Notes under the pieces: generated by a model | Databases searched by the model: none | What the model saw: the letters and a program-made list of their open reading frames with translations, nothing else | What the model was told of the DNA's origin: nothing | Program-made: the position numbers and the translations under genes | Shown here: piece after piece, positions 1 through 10,350 of the stretch | How positions within the stretch are numbered: the first letter of the stretch is position 1 | How the letters are laid out: the number at the start of each line of letters is the position of its first letter | Origin: Chara braunii | Lineage: Eukaryota; Plantae; Charophyceae | DNA: 64,000 nt | Reading direction: 5' to 3' | Assembly (NCBI GenBank): GCA_003427395.1 | Contig: BFEA01000004.1 | Coordinates: 6,377,708 to 6,441,707 of the forward strand

Positions 1-61
<61 letters not shown>
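1..61. repeat. (TC)n microsatellite
   Basis: Perfect TC dinucleotide run at the window start. Confidence 0.98.
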
Positions 62-64
<3 letters not shown>

Positions 65-232
65 ATTGTTGTTACCGTATCACATAACATACACTTGTGA
101 CGATCTGGTTCGGAAGTGGGAGCCATATACGAAGACGTTGTTGCCGAATTCCAGCATAAGTGTCACCCAGTTCCCGACCTTTCAAAAATGTGGGGGGTTT
201 AATCTGTGTATTGTTTTGATTGCATTGCATTT
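62..232. repeat. Short dispersed repeat with an internal inverted repeat, abutting (TC)n
   Basis: TGTTATTGTTGTTACCGTATCACATAA..ACACTTG..GATCTGGTT.GGAAGTGGG..CCCA.TTCCC.ACC recurs at 6455-6623 (also directly after a TC tract), partially at 998-1095, and in degenerate form at 262-340. Confidence 0.85.
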
Positions 233-997
233 AACTGCCTTTCCCTAAGTTTGTTACGATGTGGTTAGGATGTGGGGGTCGTGTATTAAGACGCTGTTGT
301 CATATTCCGGCATAACTAATGGCGAGTTCCCAACCATGTTGAGTGTGGAGTTTCTTTTGTGTGTTTTTCATATACCATTGCAAAAACCTGTCACCTCTCC
401 TCTCTCTCTCTCTCACAAAAAAAAAAAAAAAAAAAAAAAAAAGACGAAAAAAATAATGTGACACTATATACTTTCATCTTATCGATGGAAGTAGCACGCA
501 AAAAGAGGTTCCTTTCATCAGCAAGATGAGTAAAATCGGAATGAATCTTTCGTCTAAATATGGAAATACGCACTGCTTTCCAGCCATGCGTGCAAATAGA
601 TAGAGAGAGGATAGTTCCATATATGGCATGAGCAAAATCGGAACGAATCTTCCGCTATACTATGAAAATATTCAAGCACTGCATATTTCACTGGAGGTTG
701 GACTACACCTTTGTCTCACCGTGACTCCTCCGAAGGCGGCGTCATACATCACTTTGCATCACCATACACTTGATCCGGTACGACTCGGAGTCAAGTTGTT
801 GGCCTTGGTGCCACAGGTGCATTTTTGGCATACAGCGTGATTTTTTATGCAAATACATTCATCCATATTTTGAGAAATACTGGAAAAAAAAAACAAAAGT
901 CTAGAAAATAAAATAAAAAAAGTTTAAAAGGTGGTTACACTACCTAGCATGAGATGCACAAACAACCTGAGGTAGCAACCTCAGAGCGCAACCACAT

Positions 998-1095
998 AAC
1001 TTACACTTGTGACGATTTGGTTGGGAAGTGGGTGCCATATACGAATACGTTTTAACCGTATTCTGGCGTAAGTGGCACCCACTTCCCAACCGTGT
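998..1095. repeat. Copy of the hairpin-containing short repeat
   Basis: GGTTGGGAAGTGGGTGCCA...TGGCACCCACTTCCCAACC is a perfect 19-bp inverted repeat; homologous to 91-180. Confidence 0.85.
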
Positions 1096-1304
1096 TTTTT
1101 TTTTTTCATTCCTCACTTATGCTACCGGCTCACCCGGCTAACTGGTATCGCCCACCTGCTGTAGCAGGTATCTCACCTGCTGGTGGCGGGTAGACCAGCC
1201 ACGCGTGCACGCACGCGCGGACTTAGAAATGGGCTCGGGTCGTTGTGCAGACCGAGCCTCACTACACAATATGTACCTGAGTTGCTCCCTTATTCCTCAA
1301 AGTG

Positions 1305-1372
1305 GGAGCTAGCTCAATGGGTTTCATTGGTGCTTGACATGCCGGGGGTGTGGGGATCGAGGCCTGCTGCCC
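1305..1372 (+). pseudogene. Degenerate tRNA-like sequence (SINE head or tRNA relic)
   Basis: A-box-like TAGCTCAATGG and B-box-like GGATCGAGGCC at tRNA-like spacing; acceptor and D stems are imperfect. Confidence 0.4.
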
Positions 1373-1419
1373 TTTGAAGCTAGCTCCCTTTTCTTAGGGA
1401 GCTTTACTTTTTGCCTGAT

Positions 1420-1462
1420 TGCGGTCGGCCGGGACTTGAACCCGCGACCTCGTCTTTAGAAA
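1420..1462 (-). pseudogene. tRNA 3'-half relic (T-arm/B-box)
   Basis: The minus strand reads GAGGTCGCGGGTTCAAGTCCCGGCCGACCGCA, a T-arm with a B-box; no 5' half seen. Confidence 0.45.
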
Positions 1463-1939
1463 TTAGTTGTAGTTGCCCCGTTGAAACCCCAGTTGAAACG
1501 GGGCTTGACACTTGGCAGGTTAGGGTAGTTAACCGTTAGATTTTGTTAGTTTTTTTTCTTTCTTTTTATTTTCCTATTTTCATTTATTTTTTCTTTGTTG
1601 ATCTCTTTCGTTTTCTTTTACTTTCACGTCTCCATTTAACAAACTTACCTTAGTGAAACTACCCCGATTCATAGGCAAAATTCATTACGGGGTAGTCCTC
1701 GACATTCCGCCACAGTGACGAAACTTCGGGTGTGATTGGCCTGCCCCTGCATGCCGTACGATAGGCAAAGACTCAGTGCTCGGCCAAACGAGCGAAGGCG
1801 ACAATGGAAGCGCGCGGTGGAAGGAAAGAACGCCAGCGGGGAGCAGCGTGCGGGAGTGCACGCGCAAAGGTTGAGCGAGCGCGGGGGTAGCACATGCGCG
1901 ACCAACAGCAGATAGCGCGATAGGAGCAGGAGGAGACCG

Positions 1940-1971
<32 letters not shown>

Positions 1972-2749
1972 ATAAAGGGAGAAGGAGAAAGAGGAAGAAG
2001 AAGAAGAAGGAGAAGAAGAAGAAGAAGAAGAAGGAAGGAGGAAGAAGGAGAAGAAGTAGGAGGAAAAAGGGAAAGAGGAGGACAAGGAGTGCTTACCTGA
2101 CCAAGCTCCGACGACGACAATGACGAAGGCGACACTGAAGAAGCAAGGACAGGTAAGCCTTCGATCTCAGGCCTAACCTCATAGTACGTCAATAAGATAA
2201 ATAAAATAGAATAAACAAATAAAAATAAATTAATAAATAAATAAAATTAAATCGAATGAATCTACAGCTAGAACACGGGTATATACACTACCACACACTA
2301 CGTGTGTGTAGGAATGTGTGTGTGTGTGTGTGTGTGTGTGAGTGTGTGTGTGTAAGAGAGTGAAAGAGAAGGAGAGAGAGATCGAGGTGTGTGTGTGTGC
2401 ACGATCCGCGGGCTGGCCTCGCGCAACCTCCTTCTACGAATGAGCAAGATCGATTGAATCGCCCACTACGACGTCGAACGATTCACTACTACGAAGGTGT
2501 GGGTGTATGTGTGTGTGTGAGTGTGTGTGTGAGAGTGTGTGAGAGGGAGAGGAGAGAGTGAGACTCTAAGTCTCCAACTTGGCCGACAGCCAAGTCTCCA
2601 ACTCGCGCTTCACCGCATGCTACTTGGATCGATAGTATGAGCAAATCGAAAGGTGGCGGTGCATATTTCCACGTTTCAGCGGAAGATTCATTCCGTTTTT
2701 GCTCATCCTATCGATGGAATGTGTATGCGTGAGACGTTCATGATTCGGG

Positions 2750-2813
<64 letters not shown>

Positions 2814-3913
2814 ATAAGTCTCCTACTTTGGCCAACAGCTAAGTCTCCAACTCGCGCCTCGTCGCGCCATACTTGGATCGATAGAATGAGCAAATCAAAA
2901 AGTGACTGTGTATATCTCCACGTTTCAGCGGAAGATTCATTTTGTTTTTGCTCATCCTATCGATGGAGATGAAGTGTGTGTGTGTGTGTGTGTTTGTGTG
3001 TATGTGTGTGTGTGTGTAGGTAGGAGAGGGGAAGGGCGGAGGAGCCGAAAGAATGAGAATGGAAAAGGCTCAATGCTAGAATTGAATGAACCCGGTCGCA
3101 AACCGCGACTGGGTGCATTCAAAGCTTGCTGCTACTGCGGCTGGCAGAAAGGGTACGAAGAGGAGAGTGAAGGCAGAAGGGGAAGGAGAGCGCCGCTATA
3201 AAGGAGTGGGTCACTGCAAGAGACAGGTGGTCGGTGAAAGAACAAGGAGCAGCGGAAAGGTAGCGCGCTGGTGGCAGGAGGAGACACGCACGGAAATAGC
3301 AGAAGGATGCGCGAAGATAGGAGAACACCGCGCGGAGGAAAGGGAGAAGGTACGAAGAAGAAGGCGAGAAGAAGAAAAGGGGGAAGAAGAAGAAGAAGAG
3401 GAGGGAAAAGGAGTGAGAAAACAACTTACCTGGTGGATTCCTTGTGCTCCCGCTTGCAGAAGAACACACACGTTACAGGATGAAGGCAAGCACTCACCTC
3501 GACGAGAGGTGAGCTCCGTAGGTAGGAAGGAGGGGGCTCTCGCACCGATTACCGAACACGACGCACCCTTGTCTTGACTGTACCCGACCGAAAAGATAGG
3601 TTGTATACCTTTATTATTATTATTTTATTATTAGTAGTAGTAGTAATGTTATCATTTTATTATTATTATTATCATTATTTTATTATTTAAATTATAGTCA
3701 TGGGTCCAGGCTATGTACATGAACGGACCAGGAAGAACAACATCGTGCAAACGGAAGAACGATGGGATGGAACAGGTACGGAGCGAGTGCACACGAAAGA
3801 GGGTGAGGGGGAGGCCAGAGAGAGAGAGAGGCTTACCTGTGAGGCCATAACTCCAACTTCGTCTTCGAGGTACCTGCGTCAAGACGTCATCTTCAAAGAT
3901 TAGTACCTGGTAC

Positions 3914-3956
<43 letters not shown>

Positions 3957-4089
3957 AAAAAAAAAAAAAAAGATCAAAAGGGGGAGAGAGATAGATCGAG
4001 GAGAATTGGAAAGGTGAGTGTGAGAGAGAGAGAGAGGAGAAAAGAAGATGGGATGATGATGATGATGATGGGATGATGATGGTAGGCGA

Positions 4090-4125
<36 letters not shown>

Positions 4126-4130
4126 TGAGG
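1940..4130. repeat. Low-complexity block: poly-A, (GAA)n, (GT)n, (GA)n, (GAT)n, (TAT)n tracts
   Basis: Directly visible simple repeats; the ORFs here are translations of these tracts. Confidence 0.9.
2563..2967. repeat. Two tandem ~155-bp units, each ending in an ~90-bp fold-back
   Basis: ACT.TAAGTCTCC.ACTT.GGCC..CAGC.AAGTCTCCAACTCGCGC...ATCGATAG.ATGAGCAAA...TTTGCTCATCCTATCGAT at 2563-2718 and 2811-2967, separated by (GA)n. Confidence 0.85.
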
Positions 4131-6043
4131 GCACTTACCGTGTATTGGCGATGGTCTTCATCGTCAAGTACCTAGGACTGCCGTTGCATTGTCTTTATGT
4201 ACTCTGTAGTAGCTGTGGAGGAGTAGGATGTAGTTAGTTTTCTTTTTCATAGTCAACAATTATTATTCTTTTTTCCTTGTCATTTATCTTTCAAAATTAA
4301 TTTCGCAATTAATCAATTTAGCCATTTTGAAATACTTTTGAATCTCGAAAAATTTTCCGAATATTTTGCATTTCGAAATGAATTTCTTCGGAAATACCCT
4401 AAAATTTTATTTATTCCACCCAAAAATTGCATTTCCATTTTTGAAATTCCAAAAAGTTTTTCTTGCAAATATTTTAATTACTTAAATAATTAAACCCCGA
4501 AAAAGAACCAAATCAATTTTTAAATCCGAATTCAACTTTCTTTTCGTTTTGAAAATTCTCGAATTTCTTTTCCAAATTTCGTTTTATTTTTCTCGAATTT
4601 AACTTTTTCTTTTCCAACATTTTTTTTCTTTTTTCAAAGTAATTCTGAAATCCCGATTTAAATTATTTTCATAATTATCAATTAAATTCGTTAAAAATTC
4701 AAAATAACCCCCCAAAATATAGCAATTTTAAATAATAATAAAAAAAATTATTTATTTTAATTTTTTTTTTTTCGCATTTTGTCACGAAAAATAGCCCAAA
4801 ATATTTTATTGTCATTTAAAATTTCTTCCTCCCGAAAATTTTTATTGTCATTTACTAATTTTTTCCCTTCCTCCCGCCAACCTCTCCCAAAGTTCCAATT
4901 TTTTTCCTCTTCTTCTATCTTCTCCCCATCCCTCCTCTCCCATCCCACCCAATTGGTCACATCATCTAAAATTCCTAATGCGTGTGACATGTATATCCTC
5001 TTTTTCAATTTGTTTGACAATGCCGTTCATCCTACTATGCGGAACGCCAACCTAATTCGGTGGGATTAATCTTCGTTCTGTCTTCTTCCAACGCCGCAAA
5101 TGGAATAAATTTCGGTTATTTTGTTCAAAAGTTATGTGAAATTTTTTATTTATATCAAATTCTTTCATAAATTAGTTTAAAATTTGACTTTATTTCATAA
5201 ATTCGTAAAATTAAATTTGAAATTAACTAAATTTAATCCTTCTGACGTCCACTCTACTTCTACTTTATATCCCTCGTAAAATTCCAAAATTCTGCAATTC
5301 GTTTTGAAATTCTTTTGATTTTTTTTTTAATTTCTTTTGATTTTTTTTTGAAATTCTTTAGAATTTTTTTTGAAATTCTTCTTAATTTTACAACATGTGG
5401 ATATAATTTATTAATTTATCTAAATAAATTTAAAATTCCTCCCAATTCAATTTACTTGACTATCATTCAATTCTTTCTGCCATTTCATCGTAAATTCTTC
5501 AATTAGGAATTAGTCTTCTATTTTTTTTTCAAATCAGCTTTGAAATTATCTTGATTCCAAAAATACGTTAAGGAATTTTTCATTTTAATTCAAAATTCTC
5601 CTCTGTACTCATCTCTACATGTTTTATCATCTCCTTGAACTTTCGGAAATTTTGACGAATATTTTTGAAATTCCTTGAATTTTGCTTCAATTTTATTTTT
5701 ATTTTGAATTTACGTCCAAATAATTTCGGAATTTTATTTTGACTTTGTGATTGTCTTATGCATGCTTTCCTTTATGCCCCACGCCATTCTGTGAAAATCT
5801 CCTCTCATTTTCTTGCTGGAATTGGGAATTTTTCTCTTCCTCCCTTAATCTGACTCTGATTTTTTTTTTCATTCAACTTCAAAAATTTGTTAGACTCTAT
5901 TTCTACGAGCCTTCTTTTCCCAGTCCCCTAACGCAGACTCGAGACGCCCGCGTTGCACACGGACTCGCTCGCTTTGACGCGCCGATCGCTGCCACTGAGC
6001 CCCCCCCCGTTCCCCCTCTTCATCTTCTTTATCCCCTGATTCT

Positions 6044-6330
6044 ATGCAAAGTGTTGACTTTGCAAGTCCCTCCCGCTCCATCAGCGAAGGCCTTGCGTTC
6101 CTAGCTCATGACACCACGTCTAACTCGATGGAGATTCCCACCCTTGCGGCCACCAGTTCGGGCCCCACCACGCAGTCAGACCCTGTACTGGCCATCCTCC
6201 AGCACATACGGGCCACATTCGAGGTCAAATTCACGGTCATGCAAACCAACTTCGATACTTTGTCGGACCGGATGTTATAGATGGAGTCGCGTGCCACCAC
6301 ACCTCCCTCCTCTCTCCCCCCCCCCCTCCT
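6044..6330 (+). pseudogene. Possible N-terminal fragment of a gag/ORF1-like protein after a long AT-rich leader
   Basis: Short ORF (..DPVLAILQHIRATFEVKFTVMQTNFDTLSDRML*MESRATTPP) with coiled-coil-like character; it follows an AT-rich leader (4.2-5.9 kb) arranged like the one before the gag at 61.6 kb. No diagnostic domain. Confidence 0.25.
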
Positions 6331-6346
6331 CTTCTCACACACATCT

Positions 6347-6435
6347 TCCTAGTGGATCACACCTCCTAGTGGATCACACCTCCTAGTGGATCACATCTTC
6401 CTAGTGGATCACACCTCGTAGTGGATCACACTTCT
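6347..6435. repeat. 17-bp tandem repeat x5 (CCTAGTGGATCACACCT)
   Basis: Direct observation. Confidence 0.95.
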
Positions 6436-6623
6436 CTCCCTCTCTCTCTTTCTCTGTTATTGTTGTTACCGTATCACATAATTTACACTTGCAACGATCT
6501 GGTTGGGAAGTGGGAGCCATATACGAAGACGTTGTAGCCGAATTCGGGCGTAAGTGGCCCCCACTTCCCAACCGTGTTGAAATGTCGGGTTCTTTGTGTA
6601 TTTGCTGTTCATATTGCATTGCA

Positions 6624-7342
6624 NNNNNNNNNNNNNNNNNNNNNNNNNNNNNNNNNNNNNNNNNNNNNNNNNNNNNNNNNNNNNNNNNNNNNNNNNNNNN
6701 NNNNNNNNNNNNNNNNNNNNNNNNNNNNNNNNNNNNNNNNNNNNNNNNNNNNNNNNNNNNNNNNNNNNNNNNNNNNNNNNNNNNNNNNNNNNNNNNNNNN
6801 NNNNNNNNNNNNNNNNNNNNNNNNNNNNNNNNNNNNNNNNNNNNNNNNNNNNNNNNNNNNNNNNNNNNNNNNNNNNNNNNNNNNNNNNNNNNNNNNNNNN
6901 NNNNNNNNNNNNNNNNNNNNNNNNNNNNNNNNNNNNNNNNNNNNNNNNNNNNNNNNNNNNNNNNNNNNNNNNNNNNNNNNNNNNNNNNNNNNNNNNNNNN
7001 NNNNNNNNNNNNNNNNNNNNNNNNNNNNNNNNNNNNNNNNNNNNNNNNNNNNNNNNNNNNNNNNNNNNNNNNNNNNNNNNNNNNNNNNNNNNNNNNNNNN
7101 NNNNNNNNNNNNNNNNNNNNNNNNNNNNNNNNNNNNNNNNNNNNNNNNNNNNNNNNNNNNNNNNNNNNNNNNNNNNNNNNNNNNNNNNNNNNNNNNNNNN
7201 NNNNNNNNNNNNNNNNNNNNNNNNNNNNNNNNNNNNNNNNNNNNNNNNNNNNNNNNNNNNNNNNNNNNNNNNNNNNNNNNNNNNNNNNNNNNNNNNNNNN
7301 NNNNNNNNNNNNNNNNNNNNNNNNNNNNNNNNNNNNNNNNNN
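6624..7342. other. Assembly gap (others: 9492-10051, 30661-31496, 40463-41057, 44043-44367, 45704-46349, 59787-59969)
   Basis: N runs; all poly-X ORFs in the track are artefacts of these gaps. Confidence 0.99.
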
Positions 7343-7369
7343 TGAATCGCATTGTAAAGTGGTCTATAC

Positions 7370-9306
7370 ATGATGGAGCGTTTGAGTAAAAAGCTCATAA
7401 CTGGAATGTTGTGTGTGTCATGTAGCTTTGCAATGACACCCCGCCGCAGGTACGAAGATCTTGCCTCATCCTTATTGCAAGTACAGGAAAGACAGCCACC
7501 AGCACGGCAGAGCAAATACACTGCAGTCAGGAAAGAGGAGAGGAAATTCGAGAGACGTCCCCAGGGAAAAAGTAAGACATCATCTTTGATGAAGTCCCGA
7601 GCGGACCATGCTGCGGTCACGAAGCCACAGAAAGCGAAACAGTCTGAAGGTAACAAACGACAACGAGAGTCGGCCCTCACCTCACCGGTCTCCGTGAAGA
7701 ATCGCACACGACACAACCGATCCCCGCCACAGGCGCCAAGGAAAAGGTCATGTGCAAAAGGGGTGGAAGATCAACCTCCGAGTCGGCGCAACATCGAAAA
7801 TCCGAAGAGGAGGAGAATCATTGAGGGGGTGGGAGAGGAGAAGAAGGCAATTGATCTGAGGGGTTCCTATGGTGTCGAGGCAGGCGACATCGGAAAACAA
7901 GAAGTGTCACGGGACGCAGTTCGTAAGACACAACAGTCCGACCCGCACGATGATACCGAGGGCAGCGGTGAACGTAGCGAGGGCACATGCAACGAAGGAG
8001 AATCGTACGGAGAAGATGCGAGTAACGAAGAGGAGAACAACAACAGTGGGTCCCGCAACAACGAGGATGGCGATGACGACGATGAAGAGGAGGAAGACCG
8101 ATCCCGGAGCAGCGGCATGGAAGAAAGATGTAGCGAAGACAATACACAAAACACGTCTCGAAGAACGCATGGAGGAACAAGTGACGAACGCAGCAAGGAA
8201 AACAACGCGGACAAGCAGTTAGTTATGAAGGAGAAGGCAAGCGAAGGACGTAAGTATAGAATGGTCGAAGAAAGAAAAAAAAAAAAAAGAAAAAAAACCT
8301 GAAGACAAATGGTCACTCGACATGTTGTTTCGCTCAAACTGTTGTCGTTGCGTGGATGTAGTGCAAAATGGCGAATGGGGTGCATAACAACTTCAAACTT
8401 GTGGGTATTCGCGCACGTTGTTGCAGGCCGGCACATATTACAAGGAGGGAGACAGCGCAGAACGACACGAAAGTGGCCAAGCAATCGGGGGTTGCCACAT
8501 GAGAGGAAAGCGAATTATTTGAGAGAAAGCAAAAAGACAGACTGCCGAGATCCGTCGCGAAAGCTTTTGTGCACTCAACAGCGAAGGACGCAACTTTCTA
8601 CCCTTCAGAGGACAACTTCTTCAATGCGGTGCAGTTGATTGCTACCCTTTTGGGAGAAGGTGTAAGGGCAGAATGGGGGAAGCATGTAGAGAATAAGGGT
8701 TTGCAGAATGTGCTCATACAGTGCAACCGAATGATGACAACGGTCCGCGGAGAGTTGTCTTGACATTTGAGACACTGGTTCTAGGCAGAGAGAGGTGTCC
8801 CCCTCGTACGCGGCGCACAAACGGATCACAATAACACCATGTGCAACGAACTGCGTTGCCAGATGAGCAAAGACAAAACGTGGAGGAGGAAGGACGACGA
8901 GTCATGGGGAGAGTCGCATTTCAAGAGGGCACTCACAAAAGTGTTCCAAATAAGAAAACACGGTGAGAAGTTGGGCGTGACGTTGTAGCAACTAGCGTTT
9001 ACCGAACTTGTGATCTGCACAGAAATCGAGCAGACGAAGAAGTCAAGCAAGGCGTCGGATCAGTTGCTGCAAATGGCCAGTATAAAGAATGACATAGTGA
9101 ACACAGCCCGGAGTTGGAACACAGTTATGAGTTTCTGCATTTTCAAGCTCGACACCGATACCCACGTGGCAGATGTGGCGACACGGTACTACAGAGCAGG
9201 GAACACAAGGAGAGACATGCGTGCGGTTGACAACAACAGCGACAACGCACAAGACTTTGAATTCGAGGTGCTGGTGCCACACACAAAATCACGAACTTCG
9301 TGCTGA
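7370..9306 (+). pseudogene. Decayed coding sequence of an unknown protein (basic/acidic disordered N-terminal half, helical C-terminal half)
   Basis: A 310-aa ORF (7370-8302) breaks at a poly-A run. ORFs 8569-8763 and 9010-9306 are in one frame and join through a few stops into protein-like sequence (EDNFFNAVQLIATLLG...ELS*HLRHWF*..WRRKDDESWGESHFKRALTKVF..VTL*QLAFTELVICTEIE). Family not recognised. Confidence 0.5.
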
Positions 9307-9415
9307 GGACCTTGGAAACCTGTCCCGGACTGGCACTCCTATTCTTCAGACAGATGACGCATGGTGAAAGACGTGGTGGTACTGCGTGTCTGCAACTCCT
9401 ACCACAGGAAGACGT

Positions 9416-9418
<3 letters not shown>

Positions 9419-9491
<73 letters not shown>

Positions 9492-10051
9492 NNNNNNNNN
9501 NNNNNNNNNNNNNNNNNNNNNNNNNNNNNNNNNNNNNNNNNNNNNNNNNNNNNNNNNNNNNNNNNNNNNNNNNNNNNNNNNNNNNNNNNNNNNNNNNNNN
9601 NNNNNNNNNNNNNNNNNNNNNNNNNNNNNNNNNNNNNNNNNNNNNNNNNNNNNNNNNNNNNNNNNNNNNNNNNNNNNNNNNNNNNNNNNNNNNNNNNNNN
9701 NNNNNNNNNNNNNNNNNNNNNNNNNNNNNNNNNNNNNNNNNNNNNNNNNNNNNNNNNNNNNNNNNNNNNNNNNNNNNNNNNNNNNNNNNNNNNNNNNNNN
9801 NNNNNNNNNNNNNNNNNNNNNNNNNNNNNNNNNNNNNNNNNNNNNNNNNNNNNNNNNNNNNNNNNNNNNNNNNNNNNNNNNNNNNNNNNNNNNNNNNNNN
9901 NNNNNNNNNNNNNNNNNNNNNNNNNNNNNNNNNNNNNNNNNNNNNNNNNNNNNNNNNNNNNNNNNNNNNNNNNNNNNNNNNNNNNNNNNNNNNNNNNNNN
10001 NNNNNNNNNNNNNNNNNNNNNNNNNNNNNNNNNNNNNNNNNNNNNNNNNNN

Positions 10052-10122
<71 letters not shown>

Positions 10123-10123
10123 G

Positions 10124-10154
<31 letters not shown>

Positions 10155-10299
10155 GTGGAATGAGGGAGATAGCGAACGCTGGTGTATAACCCTTCATCCT
10201 CACTTGTTGCTTTCTATCCTGTCCTCTGCATGTGCAAACGATATCGACGTCAACAAAGTGTAGGAGAGTGTGACTGTGCCCTCAGAGTGTGTGTGTGTA

Positions 10300-10345
<46 letters not shown>
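9419..10345. repeat. (GA)n tracts flanking a gap, then (GT)n
   Basis: Direct observation. Confidence 0.95.

Positions 10346-10350
<5 letters not shown>

Noticed and set aside
1669-4134. Ser/Leu/Glu/Arg-rich ORFs
   Set aside because: Translations of microsatellites and purine tracts.
6466-10263. Long ORFs containing X runs (also at 30-31.5, 40-41, 44, 45.5-46.5 and 59.7 kb)
   Set aside because: Artefacts of N gaps and dinucleotide repeats.
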